Shown piece after piece: positions 27,987 through 37,400 of a DNA stretch of 62,440 nt; position 1 is the stretch's first letter; every line of letters begins with the position of its first letter. Made by a program: the position numbers and the translations under genes. Source of the stretch: a virus (Duplodnaviria > Caudoviricetes); IMG/VR virus record IMGVR_UViG_3300009026_000010, positions 1-62,440 of that record. The stretch is one strand, 5' to 3'. The notes under the pieces are model-generated. The model worked only from the letters and a program-made list of their open reading frames with translations, was not told the origin of the DNA and searched no databases.

Positions 27987-28345
27987 CAACAAAAAAGACA
28001 TTGCCTACTCCTTTCGAGCAGGTGTTTAACCAGCCCGGATATAGCCACTTCGCCACTATCCTAAAGTCTGCTTATGATCAAGCTGCAACAGGTAAAGGCA
28101 AAGAACGCCACGCCAACGATTTGCCATTCGATGAGCAACCGATGCAAAAGCTTATAGCGCTGCATGGTGTAGGCTTTGCTGCTGGTCAAGTGGGCAAAAA
28201 GCTTACAGAAGCACAAGGCATGCTTGTCCGTGGTGAAGTACAAGCTGCTACCAGAGAAATTTTGGGTGCCATTGTCTATGCTGCAGGAATGCAGGTATAC
28301 ATCGACAATCACATGAGTGAGTTTACTGACGGCAAGAAAACCTGA
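27983..28345 (+). CDS. all-helical MazG/NTP-PPase-like phage protein
   Basis: QAxxGKGKERHA...KKxxEA...ExLGAIVY; fold assignment is inference. Confidence 0.55.
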   Translation: MTTKKTLPTPFEQVFNQPGYSHFATILKSAYDQAATGKGKERHANDLPFDEQPMQKLIALHGVGFAAGQVGKKLTEAQGMLVRGEVQAATREILGAIVYAAGMQVYIDNHMSEFTDGKKT

Positions 28346-28348
28346 CCT

Positions 28349-28603
28349 ATGCAACTCGCATGGAATTCAAAAACCAACAAGATCGTGACTATAGGTCGAG
28401 GTAAACACCCTCCGGGTGTTCCTCGGCTGTGGTCCGTCAAGATCAAGATGTGGAACGACAAAGCTCAACACGAACTGTCTTTGCGACCGACAAAAAAGAT
28501 GCTTGTGTCTGACCTTGATCCCCTCATAAAAGAAGCGTTCGATGAGTTTGCTGCTGAGCATGGGCCTGCTACAGACGCTTCGTGGATAGCTACTGCGAGG
28601 TAA
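28349..28603 (+). CDS. hypothetical protein
   Basis: ORF within the operon. Confidence 0.7.
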   Translation: MQLAWNSKTNKIVTIGRGKHPPGVPRLWSVKIKMWNDKAQHELSLRPTKKMLVSDLDPLIKEAFDEFAAEHGPATDASWIATAR

Positions 28604-28604
28604 T

Positions 28605-28814
28605 ATGCCTGATGAAAAAGTAAGCAGGTTGTACAGCTCCAAGCCTGTGAGTGAGCATGTGGAATTTGCTGTGCAAAGATTTAGCGGTTCTATTGCTGAG
28701 GCGATACGTGTAGCGAAAGAAGCAGGCACACCACAAGGTTTGATATCGGCTATTCTGCATACGTACAGCCTTGAAGAAACCCAACGATTACTTAGCATGA
28801 AGAAAGGAGAGTGA
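28605..28814 (+). CDS. hypothetical protein
   Basis: GAGG SD. Confidence 0.7.
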   Translation: MPDEKVSRLYSSKPVSEHVEFAVQRFSGSIAEAIRVAKEAGTPQGLISAILHTYSLEETQRLLSMKKGE

Positions 28815-29011
28815 CTATGTTTTCTGTTCTCGGAAATTTGTTTATGTTGTTTCTTTTCTATTTAGCTATAGGTGTCGGACTGCTTGCTTTTTATGACACC
28901 GACGATGTTGAATTCAAGAAAGCAGAAAGCCATCCTAAAGGCAAGTACGTAGGTGTTTTCCTATTGGTTATGAAGTGGCCGAAGATTGTCGGCAGACTTA
29001 TCAGGAAATAA
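28811..29011 (+). CDS. small membrane protein
   Basis: AAGGAG SD; hydrophobic segments. Confidence 0.7.
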   Translation: MTMFSVLGNLFMLFLFYLAIGVGLLAFYDTDDVEFKKAESHPKGKYVGVFLLVMKWPKIVGRLIRK

Positions 29012-29015
29012 ATTA

Positions 29016-29042
29016 AAGGGCGCTAAGCGCCCTTTGTTTTTT
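29016..29042. terminator. terminator at the convergence of the early and late arms
   Basis: aaagggcgc-taa-gcgcccttt followed by gtttttt. Confidence 0.75.
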
Positions 29043-29077
29043 AACACACAGTCCTACGCATTCCTATGCGCTCGGCA

Positions 29078-29860
29078 CTATACACTGTGTACGTTGGTGA
29101 TTATGGAATTGTAAGCATCCACGCTTTCAACTACGCAATCGACACTCCCCCCTGACGAAGCAGACCCAGTTAGATACAAACCGTATTTGAAGTAGCAAGT
29201 GTTGTACCCTGCCCAGTCTGCCAGCGTCTGAGAATGTCGTACCGTGCCATCTATGGTTACAGTAAGAGTCAGATCAGTAAGCTCAATACGCACATCCATG
29301 AAGCCTTCCACACGCGGACCAAGATCGTACCTTTCATAAGAACCTGAATCCCTACGCACCACTGCCCACAAGTGCTGAGCTATTCCAGAGCGTTGCTTGG
29401 CCCAAGTAAGCCGTAAAGGAGGAGGTACACTCACAGCAGCTTTACGGTGAATCTGCGCCCATGTGTATTCATTCAACTCAGAATCGCTGATTGATAGGCG
29501 AATATGCATGACGTTAGTACCGATAGCTGCAGGCCATTCATCTGCGTGGCGAAGCTCTGTTCTGAATTGTTCAGTACCATTACGCTGTCCGAAAAAGGCC
29601 AGTTGCGGTGTAGCAGTGTGTGTTGTGTAGGTGAAGTAAGGGGGTAGAGTCATCCCTTGTAGAAGCTGAGCAGCAGATAAAGTTTGTCGTGGACCTCCGA
29701 AATCGCCTTGAAATTCACATTTGCCTATGAACGTTTGGAACCCCGGACTTTCTGGCTCAGGTTCTTCTATCACGATAGGCGGTTGTGGAGTGCGGTCAAA
29801 TACACGCAGCCACGTCCGTGCTGCTGATCGTATGGTGTAATATATGGCTGACCTTATCAT
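29078..29860 (-). CDS. polysaccharide lyase family 7 (alginate lyase-like)
   Basis: All three PL7 signatures in order: RTELR, QIH, YFKYGLY. Confidence 0.82.
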   Translation of the reverse strand: MIRSAIYYTIRSAARTWLRVFDRTPQPPIVIEEPEPESPGFQTFIGKCEFQGDFGGPRQTLSAAQLLQGMTLPPYFTYTTHTATPQLAFFGQRNGTEQFRTELRHADEWPAAIGTNVMHIRLSISDSELNEYTWAQIHRKAAVSVPPPLRLTWAKQRSGIAQHLWAVVRRDSGSYERYDLGPRVEGFMDVRIELTDLTLTVTIDGTVRHSQTLADWAGYNTCYFKYGLYLTGSASSGGSVDCVVESVDAYNSIITNVHSV

Positions 29861-30120
29861 AGGATAACCTGTACAGATACATCGTTACAGTTATACGCCT
29901 GAATCTGGATAGCGTCGTCCGGATGTAGCTCTACGGCAACCATCGTATTTTTTGTGAATGTGAGTTTATCTAAAGCATAGAACTCACCGTCTACTGACCG
30001 CATGAGAATCCGAACTTCACCTGCGCCAAAATCCCCCATACATCTGATACTTACTGCGCCAGTACTCTCGATGTTGATGGGGGCAGAATTAAAATTTTTC
30101 AAGTTCAAGAAAGAAGGCAT
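29857..30120 (-). CDS. small beta-rich protein, possible lyase adaptor
   Basis: AGGAG SD; ATGA-coupled to the lyase. Confidence 0.75.
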   Translation of the reverse strand: MPSFLNLKNFNSAPINIESTGAVSIRCMGDFGAGEVRILMRSVDGEFYALDKLTFTKNTMVAVELHPDDAIQIQAYNCNDVSVQVIL

Positions 30121-30147
30121 ATGTTTTTCTCCTAGAAAGTATCTATA

Positions 30148-32025
30148 TCACGTTGTCATTACCGGGCGTAGCACGATCTGGCTTACCTCGATAGCTCCAG
30201 ATACTGTTGACCCCGGATACCCACCGGCACCGATGCGCACGCGCACATCAATGGCATCGGCAGGTATGGTAATCACCGGCGTGCGCATCACTCCTACCCA
30301 CGACCCATCGGGCAAGCGCATGGCCTGCACGTCGGTCATGGTAGTGAGCTCACCAGCCATGGCATACAGAATGCCACCAGCACCGCGATCAATCCGAATA
30401 TCAAACTGCAGGCCAGCCAGATTCACGCTGGCATCAACGCGCACAACACAAAGCGCTTCTACATCCGTACCAATCGGCCAGTCGGGGGCGATCTGCTGTA
30501 GCGCACACTGCCCAACGCCAACGCCAGCCGTGCCTGAAATCACAAAGCGCTGCGCCGGCACGCCTCGATGACTGGTTACCTTGCTGGCGACAACCGACAG
30601 CCCGCCAACGGCATCCACCTGACTGCTGGCAGCAACATCACCCGTGCCACCGCTGACACTGCCACCAGTACCAAGCAGCATGCCGTTTGGCAGCAGGTTG
30701 CCGTATGGATTATCAGTAGCGTGCCACACGTTGCTTGGATCAAAAAACATATCATCACGGGGCGGCTCAAGCGCATTGATTATCTCTGCAATGCTTCGGC
30801 CCAAACGCCACGCACCCCAAGTGCCGGGGTGAATGCCGTCATAGGTCATATACTCAAGGCTTAGCCCATCACCATCACTGTAATCAGTGAAAATTGGTAT
30901 CGGGTTCAGCACCTCAAACCGCTCGCGCCGATACTGCGCCTGCTGAATATAGTTGTTGATGCGAGCGCATTTGGTCTTGTGAGCGGCGGTGTACGTGGTC
31001 TGCGGACCACGCGGATAAATCATGGACGCCAACACAAACTTACCGGCTGCATAACAGGCGTCCCAAATTGCCTCAAGGTTTGCACACGTTTCATCAGAGG
31101 TGATCGACTGCGTCACATCGTTACCACCGATTGATACCAGCACATAGTCAGTACCCGCAGCCAACACATCGTTGATGCGGGCCAGCAGGTCTGCGCTGTT
31201 GTCGCCGCCCACGCCAAAATTCCAGCCCTTGTCGAAATACACGCGCTGCTCACACAATGCCAGCGCCCATGTCATATAGCCAATATCTCGCAAACGCTCG
31301 CGGGACGTGGTTCCAGAGTTCTGACCTGTAACGCTGTCACCTGCTATCGCTATGGTCTTGCGGCCCCCTGTAGCAACAGAAGGCGCTGGAGCGCCACCAA
31401 CACCAGTAGCTACAAGCTGACCGTACTTGGTAACAATCATCTTCGGTTGGGCAGCACTGGCCAGCCGGCTGTAAAGAGTCAGCGTGTGCGAAGAGCTGGC
31501 CGGACCAATCCGCACTACCACTGCGGTAGTAGTTCCTACCCCCGCAACGAATCCTGCTTTAAGACTCACGCCGTTGCCAGACGTGGCACCGGACGTCAGG
31601 CGATCCACCAAGGTGGCCACCAGCACACCACCAGCCCACACCGTCACTACCAAGTTACCGGCCGAGCTGATTGCGATAAACGGGATCAGTATATCCAGAT
31701 GGACGTGTTGACCCTCGAAAGTATCCAGCGTCTGGGAAATAAGCGCGTAACCATCTGACGCACCGGGAGCAGAGGAACCCACTGCGATCTGGAATGAAGA
31801 ACCTGCAACCGAAGTAGAAGAAGACAGCCCAGCCGTATACGACTCAATCTCTACCCCTGCTTCGCTAAGGTCTACTTCACTCAGCGTCACGATGTCGCCG
31901 CTGCCTTTCTTGAAGAACAGCAGCCCATCAGCCGTGTTGACGGCCAGCTCGCCCAGTTCTAGCGAGCCAGCAGTCGGTACTGCTGCGGCCGTAGACGACC
32001 GCTTATGGAGTATCTTGTCAGCCAT
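30148..32025 (-). CDS. tail fibre/spike with SGNH/GDSL hydrolase domain
   Basis: Mtd_N-like N-terminus (KRSS...GELAVNTADG); blocks GDSVT, GVGG, GGND, DGIHP. Confidence 0.85.
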   Translation of the reverse strand: MADKILHKRSSTAAAVPTAGSLELGELAVNTADGLLFFKKGSGDIVTLSEVDLSEAGVEIESYTAGLSSSTSVAGSSFQIAVGSSAPGASDGYALISQTLDTFEGQHVHLDILIPFIAISSAGNLVVTVWAGGVLVATLVDRLTSGATSGNGVSLKAGFVAGVGTTTAVVVRIGPASSSHTLTLYSRLASAAQPKMIVTKYGQLVATGVGGAPAPSVATGGRKTIAIAGDSVTGQNSGTTSRERLRDIGYMTWALALCEQRVYFDKGWNFGVGGDNSADLLARINDVLAAGTDYVLVSIGGNDVTQSITSDETCANLEAIWDACYAAGKFVLASMIYPRGPQTTYTAAHKTKCARINNYIQQAQYRRERFEVLNPIPIFTDYSDGDGLSLEYMTYDGIHPGTWGAWRLGRSIAEIINALEPPRDDMFFDPSNVWHATDNPYGNLLPNGMLLGTGGSVSGGTGDVAASSQVDAVGGLSVVASKVTSHRGVPAQRFVISGTAGVGVGQCALQQIAPDWPIGTDVEALCVVRVDASVNLAGLQFDIRIDRGAGGILYAMAGELTTMTDVQAMRLPDGSWVGVMRTPVITIPADAIDVRVRIGAGGYPGSTVSGAIEVSQIVLRPVMTT

Positions 32026-32033
32026 GCGTCACC

Positions 32034-32564
32034 TCAGAATGTGCCGCCATCTACTCCATCGACAAACTCAATGGCATTACCAGCTGCGTTCACTTTCGCA
32101 ATGAAACCATTGGCACTGGTGAAGTTGGCTGGTGTATCCGTCAGAGCAATGAACGTGGTTACACCAGACGGTGGCGCTTCCATTTCAAAGGTGCCGCTAC
32201 GGTAAACCAGAACCTGCCCGTTGGCTGCACCTGCCAGATCAACGTCGCTAAGATCACCTATGCTCTCAGCTTGTAGCCGTGCAAGAACCGCAGAAGCAAA
32301 GTCGCTGATAGTTGACGCAAGCTGAGTGCCGGTGTGCGTAGCACGGTCACGTAGGTCTGCATCCGAGGCGTTCGCTGTAGCGCCCGCTGCGATACCTGCC
32401 AGTTTGTCTACGTCAGTCTTACCACCGATCTTGACCGGTGTGCCGTCGCTTATACGACCGATGAACAGGTTGCCTGAATCTTCCGAATACGCCAGCTCAC
32501 GTGCTGCAAGCGTAGTAGGAGTCGCTGTAGTTGTACTGCCCTTAATCCGAATTATATCTGCCAT
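32034..32564 (-). CDS. short tail fibre/adaptor protein
   Basis: Mtd_N-like N-terminus; RATHTGTQ and LSDVD repeats; C-terminal DGGTF. Confidence 0.8.
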   Translation of the reverse strand: MADIIRIKGSTTTATPTTLAARELAYSEDSGNLFIGRISDGTPVKIGGKTDVDKLAGIAAGATANASDADLRDRATHTGTQLASTISDFASAVLARLQAESIGDLSDVDLAGAANGQVLVYRSGTFEMEAPPSGVTTFIALTDTPANFTSANGFIAKVNAAGNAIEFVDGVDGGTF

Positions 32565-32576
32565 AACCCACCCCGT

Positions 32577-32870
32577 TTAGAAGTAACCACCGTCCGGTGA
32601 AACCGGTTCGAACGCTCCGTCATGGAACACTTTGAGTTGGAGCGTTAATGGGTTGTACCACGTCTCGCTCTCCACCGCGCCTACAGGCACTGTGTCCTGA
32701 ATGTATGATATCCCGCCTGCTCCTACACCATTACGCCCCGGTCTGCCCATGATACCGGCAGCTACAACGCCTGTCTGTGGCTGAGCTGTCTGTGTGACGA
32801 ATCGCTGCTGCTGCCGTGCTGCAGTTACATGGGCAGAGCTGCCTGTACTCACACGCAGAATCTTAGCCAC
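32577..32870 (-). CDS. small tail fibre connector
   Basis: Short collagen-like GxxG; WYNP...; C-terminal DGGYF. Confidence 0.75.
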   Translation of the reverse strand: MAKILRVSTGSSAHVTAARQQQRFVTQTAQPQTGVVAAGIMGRPGRNGVGAGGISYIQDTVPVGAVESETWYNPLTLQLKVFHDGAFEPVSPDGGYF

Positions 32871-33537
32871 GAGTCACTTCCCCTGTAATAGAGAACGGAC
32901 TGACCGCTACGAGAGAGTACACGCCATCGTCAGCAGTGATGTACTCAGCATCCCACACACCGGTACATACCGGCAGCGTCTCTGCTACAGCAGCAGGTAA
33001 GCGAAGGATGTACCGGCTGTTGGCCACATCAACTTCGACTACACCACCAGCAGCGTCGTATTCATCCAGCCCTGATGAGTAGAAGGACAGAACCTCTTCT
33101 ACGTCATTGGTGCGTCTGCGTAGCTGCGCACGAGCTTCACAACCGGTCAGGTCAGAAGGCTTGTTGAACTCCACGACACCACCGGAGGTATACGTCTGTA
33201 GACTGGTGCCGTTGACATTGAAGAGCGTGATGGTGTCTGCATCGACTACACGCACACGGTACGATTTAGCGCGCTCAGCAGCCGATACACGCAGGGAGCC
33301 ACCACAGGTGCTGGAAGGAGCGTTCTCGTCTGTATTGAGCGAATTGGGCCGTTGTATACCGGAAATCTCAATCTCCCAGTCATCAACCAAGCCGTGGCCA
33401 ACCACAGTCAGAGTAACGGGGGCATAGTTGGTGATGGCTGGGATTGGCTTCATCACACGCTCTTCTTCGCCAACAAACAACGCCAGTTCGAGCGTTTTTC
33501 CTTTGACGATATGTAGATCAACAATAGATGCGCTCAT
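32863..33537 (-). CDS. tail fibre attachment (BppU-like) protein
   Basis: DLTGCEARAQLR...GVWD pattern; first gene of the fibre module. Confidence 0.7.
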   Translation of the reverse strand: MSASIVDLHIVKGKTLELALFVGEEERVMKPIPAITNYAPVTLTVVGHGLVDDWEIEISGIQRPNSLNTDENAPSSTCGGSLRVSAAERAKSYRVRVVDADTITLFNVNGTSLQTYTSGGVVEFNKPSDLTGCEARAQLRRRTNDVEEVLSFYSSGLDEYDAAGGVVEVDVANSRYILRLPAAVAETLPVCTGVWDAEYITADDGVYSLVAVSPFSITGEVTRG

Positions 33538-33568
33538 AACCGGCCCCGTAGTCCTTCGTGTACCACGA

Positions 33569-33597
33569 AGGATAGTCTACCAATGGTAGGGGGTCAA
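33569..33597 (-). promoter_or_regulatory. sigma70-like promoter for the tail-fibre module
   Basis: TTGACC-N17-TATCCT on the minus strand. Confidence 0.55.
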
Positions 33598-33694
33598 TAT
33601 AAACAAATCGACGCTTATACGCGCTCTCAGGCGGTCTGGTAGTAAGTTCCTCTGCCGCAGGTGGGCAGTAGCACAGCTGCGTGAAGCTGTCAAA

Positions 33695-34020
33695 TTACCG
33701 GCTTGTTACGATGTTACGAAATTTCGGCGTCTGTTACGAATTTCGTAACATCGTAACAAGCCGGTAAATACGCGGGCTGCAGACCATTTGTTACGATTGT
33801 TACGATGTTACGATCTTAAAACTGTTCTACAACAGAAAATTTTTTATGGGCTGAAAAAACTTTTTTTTCTGTAAACTAAATTCTATTTCGTATTTCGTAA
33901 AGATCGTAACAAATAGGGGTATAGAGGGGTTAAGAAGCCCATTCCAGAGCCTCTGGAGGCTGTTACGAAACCTGTTACGAAATTGGGTAGGATAGGGGTC
34001 AAGATCGTAACATCGTAACA
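33695..34020. repeat. iteron array B: 13 perfect TGTTACGA/TCGTAACA octamers, including a 29-bp perfect inverted repeat
   Basis: Octamers at 33704, 33712, 33732, 33743, 33751, 33789, 33798, 33806, 33904, 33961, 33973, 34005, 34013; inverted homolog of 2711-3023. Confidence 0.9.
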
Positions 34021-34143
34021 AACTCCCAAACCTTTGGTTATAAGACGTTGAGACCTTATAACCAAAGTATGTAGTGGCACTATGCTGCTATACCATTCGT
34101 CGGAGATTTCGGCTTTTTTGTATGTTGTCGCATATCTGTATGT

Positions 34144-34443
34144 TTATGTCGGAAATACGACTTCAGCAGCACAGTTTACGCAGTGCATCGTCTTCTGCGC
34201 TGTTATCTGGAACATCTGACACCCGCACAGGCACTGGAGCCGTGGCACAGCGTCCTGTAGCAGCGTAGGATGCACGAAACGCCCCTTAGCGGTGTGGCAG
34301 GAGGGGCAGGTCAGGAAAACCTCTCCTACGTCCGTTTCTGCGGCCCATTCGTGCTTACAGGCAGCGCAGACGGCCACGCCTGCGATCTTCGGGTTCTTGG
34401 CTCTACGTGCTTTGTCTAAGTCAACTATGCTCATAATCACCAC
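34144..34443 (-). CDS. Zn-finger protein
   Basis: CAAC, CPSC, CLC and CVNC pairs. Confidence 0.75.
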   Translation of the reverse strand: MVIMSIVDLDKARRAKNPKIAGVAVCAACKHEWAAETDVGEVFLTCPSCHTAKGRFVHPTLLQDAVPRLQCLCGCQMFQITAQKTMHCVNCAAEVVFPT

Positions 34444-37400
34444 CCTTTCCAGACTACGTTACCCGGTAGGCCAGCCACCACGGCGTCAGTGACTTCCCCA
34501 TCCAGTACTTTTTCCCCAGCTTTCCACATATATCCGGCTGTAGGCCCAAGAGCAAACATAGGGTTCTCAGCTCCATCCATGCCAAGCTGGCGTACACCAA
34601 GCAGGCCAGCACGCTGCGTGCCATGCCATACAGTCTCACCAAACGACATGTCTTTCTTCCAGTCAGGCTCTTCACCCAGTCCTTGCACCATCCCACGCAG
34701 ATAGTCAGCCGCGATCATGAAGGGTACATAGGCTGCGATGGCCATGAGCGGAGCGTAGTTCCCGTTCTTGGACTCGTGCATCACACGCTCCAGAATCGTC
34801 TTCTGGAAGCTGTAGGTGAACTGCTTCAAGTGCCATATCAACATCCAACGCGGGTCTGAACCCCAAGCTGGCCGGTGTGCAGCATGCGGCCGAAGCACTG
34901 CACCATCCACCCACCGGTTGATAGCCTCACGGGCGAAGCGTGATTTCTCCAACGCTGTGCTGATGTCACCCCCAGTGTTGATCATGTGTTCAGTGATGTC
35001 GCGCTGTGACCACAACAGCTTACCTTCTTCAGTGAACACCACGTTGTCACCGGTTATGCCCAGCTCAGACAGCCAGCGCTTACTATTCTTCGGGTCGATG
35101 TTCTGTGCGTGACGTTCGATAAAGTCCACAGCAGCCACAGTAGCTGCGCTGCGTATAGCTGTGTTCCAGCCTTCCATGAGGTTGTACCGGAACAGCATAT
35201 TGTTGGTCTTCCGCGCCCAGTCAGACATGAACGCCGAGCCATACATGTCGCCCAGCATATCCATAGTCATCTGAGACTCTACAGTGCCGACCAGCTCCGC
35301 AAATTGCTGCATATCGGACTTGGTGCCGTTCTTACGTATTGACTGTGGGATGTTCTTCACACCTGCTTTGAAGCCGGTCCAAGCCTGCTCGACTGTACCA
35401 CCGCGCACCACGATACCCATAGGGTCGATCAACGAGCTGAATATAGCCAGAGGTAGTACAGCAAGGTTCTGCCATGTCACCAGACCAGACATGACATTCC
35501 GGGCTACCGGATTGATGTCGTGACCAAGCGTACCTTCCATAGCCATAATCGCTGTGTTGATATCGCCACGAACTTCTTCAGGCGTTACGCCAGTCGCCAT
35601 GGCCTCATCCAGCCATTCTTTCAGATTCTCACCTTCTGGTCCGAAGTGACGTGTGTACTCACCACGCTTCGCCGCCTGTGTGATGTATCGAGTCAACACC
35701 CGTACGATGTCATGATCCATGAACTCAGCAGCCAAAGCTCTGTCATCCAATACGATCTGCCGTCCCATCGACGCTTCCATGAATGGTGAGTACCCGGCAA
35801 GGTCTTCTTGGATATCCAGTTTTTCTTCCCCGTACAGCAACATATCGGCTGTAGCCTCAGCGCCAGCACGGTCAAAGCTCTGCAGCCTACCGTTGTCGTC
35901 ACGGAACTTGGCATTATTAACCAGCATGTCGATGAAGCCGTCGCGGTTGTCCTCGATAGTGGTCTTGTCCCAAGCCTGTGGGAAGTAGTCCTGTACTCTT
36001 CCTACATTCAGGCCAGACGATTTCGAGTAAGCATGTAGCCTGCGTAGAAGCTGGTTGATCTGGTTGTACCGACCACGCAGCGCAGCGTCAGTAGGCGCTT
36101 TCTGCGAATGCAGCGCAGATGCCAACGTGCTGATATCTGCAGGATCAACACCCTGCATGATCTGCCCAAACTGGGAGCCATACATTGTCACTACAGAACG
36201 CACGGTCTGCAGATAGCCAGAGCTGCTGTCGTTATAGAACGTGTCAGCTATCTTGTCCAAAGCCGGGTTGCCGTAGCTCTTCAAGCGTCCATGCGAAGTA
36301 CGTACTACCTTCTCAGCAATCTTGTAGATTTTCTGTACGACAGGTGCAGCGCGCAGAGCACGTTCAGGACCAGACAACGAAGCCATGACCACTTCATTGA
36401 CAGCGCTTGGCTGTTTCAGTCGGCCGTCACGAAACGCAGCCATATACAGACCAGCTTTGTCTACGTTGCTGGGTATACCAAACACCTGACGTAGCATCTG
36501 AGTGAACTTGGCAAACCAGTTCTCTACACTGCTGGCAAGGTTAAGCTCACCAGCTGCCCAGAACTGATACATGTAGGCGATACGTTCTTCAGAATCTTTG
36601 TTCACCTGTTCCAGAGCGGCTGGGTGTCCTTGCAGCTTCGCGCGCAGCTGACTGAGTACCAGTGGCGAGTTCGCTGCTTTGGTCAGAGCCTTGATGAACG
36701 GAGCTTGTTCTCTCTGCCTGCCCATGGTCTTGAGCAAGGCGTGCATGGACTCGTGGAACGCTACGCTCATAGGATCAGCTGTGTAGACTGACAACTCGAT
36801 TACCCGATCAACGAACTCGTTACCGTCAGTATCAGTTTCCGTAGTTTGTGAGTAGAAACCGCTCATACCGGGTAGCTCAGATATCTCAACACGCACATCG
36901 TCAGGTAATACGTTACGGATGTACTCAATCGCGTCGACGAAAGCATCGTCATCAGCAGTAATCTGGTCGCCGGGATCAACTCTCGACGCTTTGCCCTGTT
37001 CTTTCTGGTAGGCGTCGAAAGTGCTGTTCAGGTTGTCGATGTTATCGAGCAGTGTGTTGAGACTGCGCCCTTCGATGGCAGCAGAGAAGAAGTCATTATC
37101 AGCCTTCATAACAATGTCAGCCAGCGTCTGTAGGCTCTGCATGTCAGTGGTAGTGAACATCCCAGCATCCATACGCTTGGCAATCTGCGCATTCACTACA
37201 TCGCGCACGCGCTCGATACCTTGGCGCTCTTCACCTTTGAGCATAGCCTTCTTCATTTCAGCACTCATAGTGCTGCTGTTCTGTACCTGCTGGCGACGGC
37301 CACGGTCGTAGCTGCGTAGGATGTCACCTGCGATCTTTTGCTGCGCCGGTACTGACAGGTCAAGCACTGGAATACCAAGGCGTGTAGCCAGCCTGCTGCT

